Shown: positions 17,419-26,397, counted from the first letter of the stretch. The stretch is 32,000 nt of DNA from Candidatus Brocadia sp. (GCA_021650915.1 CP091279.1:3360001-3392000), one strand, 5' to 3'. Translations and numbers: made by a program. The notes: generated by a model not told the origin, from the letters alone.

Positions 17419-18359
17419 TGTATGAGAGAATGCCTATGAAATGCAAGGACTTAATTTCGATAGCGGATCTTTTGCCATCTGACATTGAGGAGATATTTAC
17501 CGTTACCAGGGAACTCAAGGAATGGCATGCCAAGGGATATGATGAGAAATGTCTGAACGGAAAGATCCTTGGGATGATCTTTGAGAAGAGTTCTATGCGC
17601 ACCCGCGTTTCCTTTGAAGTGGCGATGGTGCAATTGGGCGGCCACGCCATTTACCTGACCCAGGGCGATATAAACCTTGGCAAAAGGGAGGCGGTAAAAG
17701 ACGGCGCCAGGGTGCTCTCGAGATATGTCGATGGGATTGTTATCCGCACCTTTGGTCAGGAAACCATTCAGGAACTGGCCAGATACGCCACGGTGCCCGT
17801 GATCAATGCCCTGTCAGATTACCTCCACCCGTGTCAGGCGCTTACCGATATGTATACGATTAAGGAAAAGTTCGGCACCTATACGAATGTAAAGATCGCC
17901 TATATTGGCGATGGAAATAATGTTGCGCGATCTTTGGCGCAAATCTGCGCAAAACTCGGCATCCATTTTTATGTTGCATCACCAAAGGGATACGAGCTTT
18001 CTTCCGAATTTCTTGCCAAAGCGAAACAAATGGCGGAGGGGTATGACGTAATTCACCTTTCTCACGATCCGAAAGAAGTGGCAAAAAATGCGCAAGTGCT
18101 CTATACCGATACATGGGTTAGCATGGGACAGGAGGCAGAAAAAGCGGTAAGGCAGCAGGCGTTCAGGGATTTTCAGATCAATAACGATATTGTGAAATTA
18201 GCAAAGAATGATGTCAAAGTCATGCACTGTCTGCCAGCTCATCGGGGAGAAGAGATTACCGATGACGTTCTTGACGGGCCGAATTCCATTGTCTACGATC
18301 AGGCCGAAAACAGGCTGCATGTGGAAAAAGCTCTTTTAAAACTTCTCTTGCGTAAATAA
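17418..18359 (+). CDS. argF: Ornithine carbamoyltransferase
   Basis: It carries 'SMRTRVSFE' (STRTR motif), 'HPCQALTD' and 'HCLPAHRGEE'. The start is ambiguous: ATG at 17418 overlaps the argD stop, with alternatives at 17430 and 17436. Confidence 0.9.
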   Translation: MYERMPMKCKDLISIADLLPSDIEEIFTVTRELKEWHAKGYDEKCLNGKILGMIFEKSSMRTRVSFEVAMVQLGGHAIYLTQGDINLGKREAVKDGARVLSRYVDGIVIRTFGQETIQELARYATVPVINALSDYLHPCQALTDMYTIKEKFGTYTNVKIAYIGDGNNVARSLAQICAKLGIHFYVASPKGYELSSEFLAKAKQMAEGYDVIHLSHDPKEVAKNAQVLYTDTWVSMGQEAEKAVRQQAFRDFQINNDIVKLAKNDVKVMHCLPAHRGEEITDDVLDGPNSIVYDQAENRLHVEKALLKLLLRK

Positions 18360-18363
18360 AACT

Positions 18364-19083
18364 ATGAGAGTCGATGATCGCTTGTCTGATGAGTTGCGCC
18401 TTTTCAGTATCACCAGACATTTTACCAAATACGCGCCAGGGTCCGTGCTTATTCAAACCGGCAACACGAAAGTCATCTGCACGGCTTCGATAGAAGAAAG
18501 TGTGCCGCCCCATATCAAAAATACCGGTGAAGGCTGGATTACGGCGGAATATTCCCTTCTGCCAAGCTCTACGCCGGTAAGAGCTCCGCGGGAATCCACC
18601 AGAGGAAAGGTGGGGGGGAGAACGCATGAAATACAGAGGCTCATTGGCCGCTCACTGCGCTCCATTATGGATCTTGCCTTGCTGAAAGAGCGGACGATCT
18701 GGATTGACTGCGATGTGATCCAGGCGGACGGAGGGACGCGCACTGCGGCTATTACCGGCAGTTACATAGCGCTCATGGACGCTGTCCGTTGGCTGAAGAG
18801 TAAGGACATGATCAGGGAAAATCCGGTTATAAATAGTGTCGCGGCAGTAAGTGTTGGGGTCGTGAATGACGCCGTTTTGTTAGATCTCTGCTACGCAGAA
18901 GATGCCGCTGCCCAGGTAGACATGAACGTGGTGATGACGGGCGATGGCAAATTCATCGAATTACAAGGCACAGGAGAAGAGTACGCCTTTGATGACGGAC
19001 AACTGGCGGAGATGCTGAAGATGGCAAAAAAGGGCATTTGGGAAATAATTGAAATCCAGAAGAAGGCATTGGAAACCGCGTAA
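18364..19083 (+). CDS. rph: Ribonuclease PH
   Basis: 239 aa. It carries 'GSVLIQTGNTKVICTAS', 'GWITAEYSLLPSST..R..RE' and 'DCDVIQADGGTRTA'. It starts 4 nt after argF. Confidence 0.92.
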   Translation: MRVDDRLSDELRLFSITRHFTKYAPGSVLIQTGNTKVICTASIEESVPPHIKNTGEGWITAEYSLLPSSTPVRAPRESTRGKVGGRTHEIQRLIGRSLRSIMDLALLKERTIWIDCDVIQADGGTRTAAITGSYIALMDAVRWLKSKDMIRENPVINSVAAVSVGVVNDAVLLDLCYAEDAAAQVDMNVVMTGDGKFIELQGTGEEYAFDDGQLAEMLKMAKKGIWEIIEIQKKALETA

Positions 19084-19344
19084 CAGATGTTAAAGATTTT
19101 CGCTTTCCAACTCCCCCATTCCAATTTTTAAAAAGGGGATGGAAAGTTGAGTAGGGTGGATGAAGCGAAGCGCATCCACCATTGAGGAGGGCGTGGAATG
19201 GTGGACTTCGTCGTGAGATCAGTCGAACAATTCAGCGCAAAAGACGGCGTCTTAATCCACCCAGGCTAACCAACAAATCGCAGAACCAATTTATAGAACG
19301 TTAATTCAAAGGATAGAATTCGTTTTGCAAACAGGAGAAGAGAG

Positions 19345-19977
19345 ATGACTTCATTCGTAAATACGCTGCATGCAAAAACCATTTTAATTGCCACACAAAA
19401 TGAAAAAAAGAGGGCGGAGATAAAGGAGATTCTTAAAGACGTCCCCGGTATTCGGCTCAGAGGCCCCGAAGATTTTCCCTTTTTACCGCTGGTAGAAGAG
19501 GATGGAACTACCTTTCAGGAAAATGCCGTGAAAAAGGCAATTCCTCTGGCAAAGGCCTGTAACACATGGGCAATGGCAGATGATTCTGGGCTTGAAATCG
19601 ATGCACTGGGTGGGCGGCCTGGCGTCTATTCATGCAGATATGCAGGCGCTAATGCGACCGATGAAAAGAATAGAGAAAAGGTATTGTCGGAATTAAGGGG
19701 AGTGCCCAGGGAGCGGCGTACGGCTGGCTTTGTTTGCGCTATTGCCCTTGCCGGTCCACAGGGATTGTTCTTTGTTGTTGAAGGTCGTTGCGAGGGATTT
19801 ATTACTGAAGAACCGAAAGGGAAATACGGTTTTGGATACGATTCCATTTTTTATGCGCCTGATCACCGCCAGACCTTTGCAGAGTTAAATCCTGCAATCA
19901 AAAACAGGATCAGCCATCGCGCTCATGCCTTGATGCAGTTTAAGGAAAAAATAGAACCACTGATCCGGAGACGGTAG
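19345..19977 (+). CDS. rdgB: RdgB/HAM1-family non-canonical purine NTP pyrophosphatase
   Basis: It carries 'ILIATQNEKKRAEI', 'ADDSGLEIDAL.GRPGVYS.RY', 'FGYDSIF' and 'NRISHRA'. The rph-rdgB pairing is a common arrangement. Confidence 0.88.
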   Translation: MTSFVNTLHAKTILIATQNEKKRAEIKEILKDVPGIRLRGPEDFPFLPLVEEDGTTFQENAVKKAIPLAKACNTWAMADDSGLEIDALGGRPGVYSCRYAGANATDEKNREKVLSELRGVPRERRTAGFVCAIALAGPQGLFFVVEGRCEGFITEEPKGKYGFGYDSIFYAPDHRQTFAELNPAIKNRISHRAHALMQFKEKIEPLIRRR

Positions 19978-20492
19978 GGTATTGCCTGGTTCTGCAGAAT
20001 TCGGAAGTCGGAATTCAGGATGAAAATGAAACCGATTCACGCCACCTGGTTGCCCCGACTCCTGATTCCGCCGGCGCCGTTCTGATTCCTCAAACCTGCA
20101 AGGAATGAGGCGTGAACAGCATATATTCGGCATCTTCAGTCTATGTTTCCCCGCAGGTTGTATGACGGCGTCCAAGGCCTCTTCAAATTTCCCGGAGACT
20201 TCTTTGTAAACATCCGGCGCTTTTATGCCCTTCAGGTGCATCTGATATGTAAGATAAGATAAGATAGAACGCGCCGCCGATGACGGCAACTCCCTGTGCC
20301 CCTGGTTGACGTGCCTCGGAAAATGCAGTTTTGGTTGGTACTACGGTGGCAGAAACTTCTTCATTGCATCTCAATTCCTTACAAGAATCCCTGGCGTGAC
20401 ATTACAGCAAAAATTTATACCTCCCCGGGCAACAGAGGCATTGCCGGTAAGCATCTCCCGTATCCATGCTGCAAGTATTTTCCTCTCAAGCC

Positions 20493-21302
20493 CTAAATTT
20501 CGAATAAATTCCCCTGTCCCACGTTATCTAAATTGCCCTGATCCATGACCAATGGGTAGTGCAACATCCAGCTCGTAAATATCCCCAGAATGATCGATAT
20601 TACAAAGCTGATCATGGTGCCGATTAATATGTATTCTGCTTCCTTCCGGCCTTTCAGTGTCCGGGTTTCACCAAATCGCAGGATGGATTTTGCGGCGATC
20701 AGGAACCCAATGGCCTCAAAGTGGTTGAGCAGAATAAAGGTCAGAATCAAGACCCGTTCCAGGCGCCCAATCCATAGTCCGGCCTTCTCCAGGCCCTGGA
20801 AAGGGGTTTCTTTGGTTATTTCACTCCGCCATGGTTTGGTAATTTTGCCGATCAGGGCGCCGGCCGGCCAAATTACCAGAATATAGGCCAGTATGACGGT
20901 CCAAAACCGTACGCTTGATGTAAAGGTGAACAGAAATAAAACAATATCCGATAACGTGCCAGGGATCAATAATATCCAGCAACCTAAGATGATAATACCA
21001 TGTCCCAGGTGATCCAGCGCGAAAAATCGGGCGGTATCTTCTCCCTGAGGCTTTAATGCGTCCCGTAAAACGTGTGCAATAAAAATAACAAACGGGAGCC
21101 ACAGGGCATTCCAGATGCCTGCAAGGGTATAGGCGAGCGCCCCGGCGCATATCCCGTGCAGATAGAGCCAGCAAGACCGCCATGTATTCCCTGGCCACTG
21201 CTCCATTTTGGAATCCTGTTGCAGGAAAAAGTCTGCAACCACGTGGGCCACGACAAGACGGAGGAGCAACGATATATCGCTTTGACTCAACGGATGGTAC
21301 AT
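20493..21302 (-). CDS. DUF3307-family (SatE-like) polytopic membrane protein
   Basis: 269 aa. The N-terminal 'LLLRLVVAHVVADFFLQ' is the DUF3307 signature, and there are multiple TM segments with conserved His residues. The start ATG overlaps the SatD-like stop (TAATG). Confidence 0.65.
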   Translation of the reverse strand: MYHPLSQSDISLLLRLVVAHVVADFFLQQDSKMEQWPGNTWRSCWLYLHGICAGALAYTLAGIWNALWLPFVIFIAHVLRDALKPQGEDTARFFALDHLGHGIIILGCWILLIPGTLSDIVLFLFTFTSSVRFWTVILAYILVIWPAGALIGKITKPWRSEITKETPFQGLEKAGLWIGRLERVLILTFILLNHFEAIGFLIAAKSILRFGETRTLKGRKEAEYILIGTMISFVISIILGIFTSWMLHYPLVMDQGNLDNVGQGNLFEI

Positions 21303-22009
21303 TATAAGCTCCTGTACTTATTTTTATCCATTATAAGCCTCTGTGCTTCCTTTTCCCGGATTACCTGTTCATATCGCTGGCACCACTTCTCGATAGCCCA
21401 GCTACCGGCGCTTTTTAAGCGTTGACGGACCGCTGGCTGGGAAACGCCGAATTCCCTGGCAGCCTTTTCCTGGGTTAAACCCCTGATCCGGCCAAGTATT
21501 GCCTGTGCCTGTTCGCCGGACAACCGGCTTATCAGGGCATCGAGCAGGGCGCATGCTGCGTCCAGTTCTCCATCAACCTCTTGCCACGGAGTCCTTATTA
21601 ACAGTCGCTGGTCGCCCTTCATCTCATCTAAGGTCTGCCCGGAGCGGCGAAAAGCCTCGCCGTCCCCTTCAGATCCACGGCTGGCAGGAAGAAAGTCGAT
21701 GCGCCCAATCCCCACGGCAATCCGTGCATCCAGTGCATGGCGGCGTTGTTTTGTTTCAAAACCGTGGCGCAGACTGGTGCGGATGGCGATTGCTACCCGT
21801 AGCGCTGCATCCGGCCTGGATAGCACCCCCTGAAAACTATCTCCACGGTGAATTTCAAAGGGTGCGCGTATTCCATCAGGCAGGAGATTTTTAATGGTAG
21901 TAAACGAAGATTTGAGAACCAACAATAAACATCTCCGCTGGCTGGTCGTGAGTTTTGATGATCCGACGATGTCTCCGGTTACAACCGCATACAGAGCGTT
22001 CTTTCTCAT
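21302..22009 (-). CDS. SatD-like protein: N-terminal cyclase-like/palm-like domain + C-terminal sigma-70 region-4-type HTH
   Basis: 235 aa. The N-terminus reads 'YAVVTGDIVGSSKL', '..HRGDSFQGV..' and 'ARIAVGIGRI'. The C-terminus reads 'GLTQEKAAREFGVSQPAVRQRLKSAG' (HTH). The family assignment is from memory of SatD (Streptococcus mutans sat operon) features. Confidence 0.6.
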   Translation of the reverse strand: MRKNALYAVVTGDIVGSSKLTTSQRRCLLLVLKSSFTTIKNLLPDGIRAPFEIHRGDSFQGVLSRPDAALRVAIAIRTSLRHGFETKQRRHALDARIAVGIGRIDFLPASRGSEGDGEAFRRSGQTLDEMKGDQRLLIRTPWQEVDGELDAACALLDALISRLSGEQAQAILGRIRGLTQEKAAREFGVSQPAVRQRLKSAGSWAIEKWCQRYEQVIREKEAQRLIMDKNKYRSL

Positions 22010-22066
22010 GCCCTTCTTCTCCGTGTGTTTTTGAAATAATAAGGCTGCATCATGATATGCACAGTA

Positions 22067-22086
22067 TATAAGCCTTAGGGCTTATA
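22067..22086. promoter_or_regulatory. Perfect palindrome TATAAGCC-N4-GGCTTATA inside a putative promoter of the SatD-like operon
   Basis: On the minus strand the sequence reads TTGCTT-(16/18 nt containing the palindrome)-TATATA/TATACT, 58-77 nt upstream of the SatD-like ATG at 22009. Confidence 0.4.
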
Positions 22087-22287
22087 AAGCAAGAGAATAC
22101 TGGCACAGGGCGGCAAAGATCCGGATAAATCGCCCGCAAAGGGATCTTTTGTAAAACCGGGGTTTGAAGAGAAGCGATATCCGCGAAAAATGGGTAAAAA
22201 TACTTGAGACGACACGCACCAAATTCGGGGCACATGTTTACGCGGTTACCCGCGGTACGCGTGCGCTTTTATTTCGGCGACACGGCG

Positions 22288-23691
22288 CTATGTCTGGTCG
22301 TTGGCGGAAGGCGTAGTTTTGGCTATGTTGTGTTTGATAAGCTTGTTTTGAAGGGTTGTGCGGGGAATCCGCAGGATTTCTGACATCCGCACCTGGTTTC
22401 CCTGCGTCTTCTGATATGCCCACAGAAGGAGCTTTCTTTCCGCATGACTCAGCGTATCCTGCAAGTCCAGCGAGTCAATGGTGGAAAGTTCCAGGGAAAA
22501 TAAGCCCGAAGGGGTCTCTTCTTCCCGCACGTTTTCCGGGAGGTCTTTCGTCATAATCTCACCAGAGGTGCAAAATGCGATTGCATGTTCCATCGCATTT
22601 TCCAATTCACGGATATTTCCCGGCCAGTGATACCGTGACAACAGCCAAAGCGCTTCCTGAGATACCGAGTGAACCGCGGCATGCTGCTGTGCGGCATACT
22701 TTTTCATAAAGTAATTTACGAGGAGCGGTATATCTTCTTTCCTTTCCCGCAAAGGCGGGAGGTGGATAATGACCACGTGGAGCCGGTAATAGAGATCCTC
22801 GCGAAAGCGTCTCTCCCGGACAAGTTTTTTCAGGTCCCTTTTGGTAGCGCAGATGACGCGGACGTTGACGGCGATAGCCTCCTCCCCACCAACGCGTTCA
22901 AATTCCCTTTCCTGAAGAACCCTGAGCAGTTTAACCTGCATTTCCAGGGGGATGTCATCTACGTCGTCAAGAAATATCGTTCCCCCGTTGGCGAGTTCAA
23001 AACGGCCACGCCTCATCTTTATCGCACTGGTAAAAGCGCCTTTCTCGTGTCCGAAAAGCTCGCTTTCCAGAATTTCCTTGTTCAGGGCAGCGCAACTGAG
23101 TTTGATAAAAGGGCTGTCTTTTCGCGGGCTGTTGTAATGAATCGCCCCAGCCGTAAGCTCCTTTCCGGTGCCGCTTTCCCCCTGAATAAGCACCGTAGTA
23201 TCACGATGGGACACGATGTTTATCATTTCAAACACGTGTTTCATTGCGTCGCACTTTCCAATCATATTGTCGTAGCCGTACTGGCTGAGGATCTGCTGTT
23301 TCAGCAAGAGATTTTCCGCAACCACGTCCTTGTGTCTGAGCGCCTTCTGGAGTTTGATTATCAACTCTTCCAGAGAAAAGGGTTTTGTTACGTAGTCGTA
23401 AGCCCCTTCTTTCATCGCCATAACTGCATTTTCAATGGAACCATAGGCGGTCATAATGATAACTACGGTATCAGGAGACGATTTTTTAATCTCCTTCAGA
23501 AACTCTATGCCATCCATCTTCGGCAGGCGCAGGTCGGTTATTACGGCATCGAAGTTTTCCGATTGCATGACCCTGAGGCCTTCGATGGCATTTGACAGGG
23601 AAGTGACCGTATATCCCTCTCTTCTTAACTTATCCTCAAGGGATACCCGCATCAGTTTTTCGTCATCGACAATAAGGATGTTGTTTTTCAT
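22288..23691 (-). CDS. Sigma-54-dependent response regulator (NtrC family: REC + AAA+ + Fis-type HTH)
   Basis: REC domain: 'ILIVDDE', 'DAVITDLRLPKMDG'. AAA+ domain: 'GESGTGKE' Walker A, 'GAFTSA' (GAFTGA variant) and 'GGTIFLDDVDD'. The C-terminal HTH reads 'RMSEILRIPRTTLQNKL'. I prefer the ATG at 23691 (MKNNILIVDD), which forms an ATGA overlap with the kinase stop. Confidence 0.9.
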   Translation of the reverse strand: MKNNILIVDDEKLMRVSLEDKLRREGYTVTSLSNAIEGLRVMQSENFDAVITDLRLPKMDGIEFLKEIKKSSPDTVVIIMTAYGSIENAVMAMKEGAYDYVTKPFSLEELIIKLQKALRHKDVVAENLLLKQQILSQYGYDNMIGKCDAMKHVFEMINIVSHRDTTVLIQGESGTGKELTAGAIHYNSPRKDSPFIKLSCAALNKEILESELFGHEKGAFTSAIKMRRGRFELANGGTIFLDDVDDIPLEMQVKLLRVLQEREFERVGGEEAIAVNVRVICATKRDLKKLVRERRFREDLYYRLHVVIIHLPPLRERKEDIPLLVNYFMKKYAAQQHAAVHSVSQEALWLLSRYHWPGNIRELENAMEHAIAFCTSGEIMTKDLPENVREEETPSGLFSLELSTIDSLDLQDTLSHAERKLLLWAYQKTQGNQVRMSEILRIPRTTLQNKLIKHNIAKTTPSANDQT

Positions 23692-25616
23692 GTTTGATCG
23701 GGAAGGCATATCGTGAAGGTCGTTCCTTCACCGACCTCGCTTTCTATAGTAATGCTGCCGTGATGGTCCTCGATGATCCTCTTTGAGATGGCCAATCCCA
23801 TCCCAAGCCCTTTTTCTCCCATGTTGTTCTTCGTGCTAAAAAAAGGTTCAAAAATCTTTTCCTTAATTTCAGGCTGAATACCGCAACCCGTGTCGCTGAT
23901 ATGAACCGTTACGCATCCTTCATGTTGCTTGCAAATATCCGTCTTTATGGTCAGGGCGCCACCATCCGGCATACTCTCAAGGGCATTTACCATGAGGTTG
24001 ATGAACACCATGGACACGTGGTCTGCATCCACCAAAACAGGCGGCAGGGACGGGTTGAGTTCCTTATGAATGCTTACGTGGCAGGGTTCCGTTTTGTGCT
24101 CAATAAATTCAAGGGAACTGATGATGATCGCATTCGCATCGTTTTCTGCTATCCGAAGGGTGTAGGGACGGGAAAACGTCAGAAGGCGCTTGACGATCAT
24201 CTCAACTCGTTTCAAACCGTCCAGCATAAGCGTGGCGTACTTCTTTGTTTGCAGGGCGTTTCCCGGTTCATTTTCAAGCATGCTTGCAAAGTTTTGCAGG
24301 CCACCTAACGGGTTATTGATTTCGTGAGCCACTTCGGCTGCAAGCTCTCCGACTGCGGCAAGACGCTCTGCCCGTAACAATTGCGTGGTGCGCTCCTCCA
24401 CCTTTTGTTCCAGATTGGTGTAGGATTCCTTCAGTTTCTCCGTCATATGATTAAATTCTCTGGCAAGCAGACCCACTTCATTATCTGAGGCAACCGAGAT
24501 CCGATGGTCAAGATTTCCCGAAGCGATAGCCTTTGCTCCCTGCGCCAGTTGTAAAATCGGTTGCGTGATCCGGCTGGTGAGTGAAATACCCATGGCAATG
24601 ACAATAAGGAGACTAACGAAGATCAGGAGGATAACGCGGCGCTTGAGTTTTTCAACGGGTGCAAACGCCTCCTTCATGTCCTGCTTTGCCACCAGCCCCC
24701 AATTGAGAACGGGGATGTGCCGGTAGGCGGAAAGCACCGGCACGTTGCGATAATCTACCGACTCCTTAATCCCCTCTTCGCCGCCGGAGCTTAATACTGA
24801 GGGAATATCTACGGCAGAGGAAAGGGGACTGACGAATTTCAGGGCAGCCCCGGGCTTGTGACGAAGATCATTGAGATAGACAAGGTTATTCCCTTCCCTC
24901 CTCGCCAGGAGAGTCTCGCCGGTCTCTCCCATTCCCGGCCAGTTACGAATCACCGGCTCGACGCTGTTCTTAACGTTCACATCCAGCAAAATGACGCCAA
25001 TGATAATATCCGTGGTTTCCAGGGTAAGGGAATCAGTCATACAAACGGGACAAAAATAGGTTATGCAGTTCTGGTCGATTAGCTCAGAGGTGTAAATATC
25101 TTTTACCGCCACATCCTTTTTTTCGAGGGTATCGATATAATCGTTAAACGAACTCAGGGTTTTCCCGACGATCCCAGGATAGGTTGATATGACCACCTCA
25201 CCGTTTGCTCCGTCGATGATCGAGATAACGTTGTAGTGCTTATACACCTGTTTCAGGAGATGGAGGTTCTCTAAAATTCTTTCATAATTCACCCGTCCGG
25301 CCTCTGATTTTCTCAACTGATCGATACTTTCAAACCTTCTCCTCTGCTGTAAAAGGGTGGTAGCCGCAGCGGCAAGTATCTTGTTGCGGGCGATTACTGA
25401 GGTATCGATCAATCGTTCGTCAAGCCAGTTGTTGAGTTCATTTTTCTTCAGATCCGCAATAGAGGTCAGTTGTTCAATCACCCGTTGTTCAATGGCATCC
25501 TTGCTGCTGTAATATTCGACCACACACACAAACAGCAAGGGAACGGTGGTCAAGAGACAGATGGAACAGATGAGCTGTATTTGAATGCTCTTGAAGATAT
25601 TTTTGTAGTACTTCAT
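23688..25616 (-). CDS. Sensor histidine kinase (TM - large extracytoplasmic Cache-like domain - TM - HAMP - HisKA - HATPase)
   Basis: 642 aa with two TM segments flanking a ~290-aa domain. HAMP reads 'ASGNLDHRISVASDNEVGLLAREFNHM', the H-box reads 'AHEINNPLGG', and the ATPase boxes are 'NLMVNALESM', 'DTGCGI' and 'GLGMGLAI'. Confidence 0.88.
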   Translation of the reverse strand: MKYYKNIFKSIQIQLICSICLLTTVPLLFVCVVEYYSSKDAIEQRVIEQLTSIADLKKNELNNWLDERLIDTSVIARNKILAAAATTLLQQRRRFESIDQLRKSEAGRVNYERILENLHLLKQVYKHYNVISIIDGANGEVVISTYPGIVGKTLSSFNDYIDTLEKKDVAVKDIYTSELIDQNCITYFCPVCMTDSLTLETTDIIIGVILLDVNVKNSVEPVIRNWPGMGETGETLLARREGNNLVYLNDLRHKPGAALKFVSPLSSAVDIPSVLSSGGEEGIKESVDYRNVPVLSAYRHIPVLNWGLVAKQDMKEAFAPVEKLKRRVILLIFVSLLIVIAMGISLTSRITQPILQLAQGAKAIASGNLDHRISVASDNEVGLLAREFNHMTEKLKESYTNLEQKVEERTTQLLRAERLAAVGELAAEVAHEINNPLGGLQNFASMLENEPGNALQTKKYATLMLDGLKRVEMIVKRLLTFSRPYTLRIAENDANAIIISSLEFIEHKTEPCHVSIHKELNPSLPPVLVDADHVSMVFINLMVNALESMPDGGALTIKTDICKQHEGCVTVHISDTGCGIQPEIKEKIFEPFFSTKNNMGEKGLGMGLAISKRIIEDHHGSITIESEVGEGTTFTICLPDQT

Positions 25617-25624
25617 AAACCGCT

Positions 25625-26041
25625 TTACTTAAGGAGCAATATGCCGCCCAGAATAAGCAACACGCCTACTGCCTTGGACAGGGTAATCTCTTCGCCCAGA
25701 AAAATCCAACCCAAAAGGAAAGAAAATACGGGATAGCAGCAGGTAACGGGGATAATCTTTGATATCTCACCTGTCTTGAGCGCCTTGTAAAATACCAGTT
25801 GTGCCACAACACCCGCCAGAATACCGGCAAGGACAAGAAAAAAAATGGCCTTGATCCCCATTTTCCCAAAAGAGGGAAACTGAGGGGTAAAAGCGATCAG
25901 AATTACGACACCCAGGAAGACGCCCGAACATCGTATCAGGTATGCGGCGGTTGGCTCAACTGATGAGAGGCCGACCTTCTCTAAAAAGGGTACAAATCCC
26001 CAGATAAAGGCCGTCAGTAAGGCAAGGAAAAACGCTTCCAT
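25625..26041 (-). CDS. Small EamA/DMT-superfamily membrane protein (single EamA domain)
   Basis: 138 aa with 4-5 hydrophobic helices and an EamA-like C-terminus 'LGEEITLSKAVGVLLILGGILLL'. It sits 8 nt upstream of the kinase gene on the same strand. Confidence 0.65.
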   Translation of the reverse strand: MEAFFLALLTAFIWGFVPFLEKVGLSSVEPTAAYLIRCSGVFLGVVILIAFTPQFPSFGKMGIKAIFFLVLAGILAGVVAQLVFYKALKTGEISKIIPVTCCYPVFSFLLGWIFLGEEITLSKAVGVLLILGGILLLK

Positions 26042-26238
26042 ACGATTGCTCCGATAAATTTTTGAGAAAATACCCTAGAGCGTTTCATTTCATAATTATA
26101 ATAAAACCGGAGAAAAAATTCTTTAACAATATTTTCATGGCCTTTGGGATGTCGTGCTGTATTGTATTCTCTATGTAGGTAACTATTCAGCGTTCTTTTG
26201 CTCACAATTACTATGAGTGAATAACATGTTGATGCTGT

Positions 26239-26397
26239 AATCCCGGAGGGATGACATGATTATAGCATATGGTCATGCAATTACGGTTAGCCTCAGAGGG
26301 GCGACATGGTATCACTCATTTCGCCATATTTCAGCCCTATGGGGTTAAATATGGCGGTGTGCCTTATCCTATAATCATGTCGTCCCTCTTCGGGATT
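26239..26397. repeat. REPIN/MITE-like composite element, copy 1 (159 bp, about 27-bp terminal inverted REPs)
   Basis: A forward REP AATCCCGGAGGGATGACATGATTATAG lies at 26239-65. A forward variant is at 26289-315, a reverse variant at 26323-46, and a reverse REP CTATAATCATGTCGTCCCTCTTCGGGATT at 26369-97. Confidence 0.8.

Noticed and set aside
22101-22116. A TGGCAC hexamer that looked like a sigma-54 -24 element next to the NtrC-type regulator.
   Set aside because: The downstream GC is one nucleotide out of register with the GG-N10-GC spacing. The site is on the plus strand, where no gene follows.
22669-23595. A 308-aa plus-strand ORF.
   Set aside because: It lies entirely antisense to the NtrC-family regulator, whose motifs are unambiguous. 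It has no recognisable motifs and is a typical shadow ORF.
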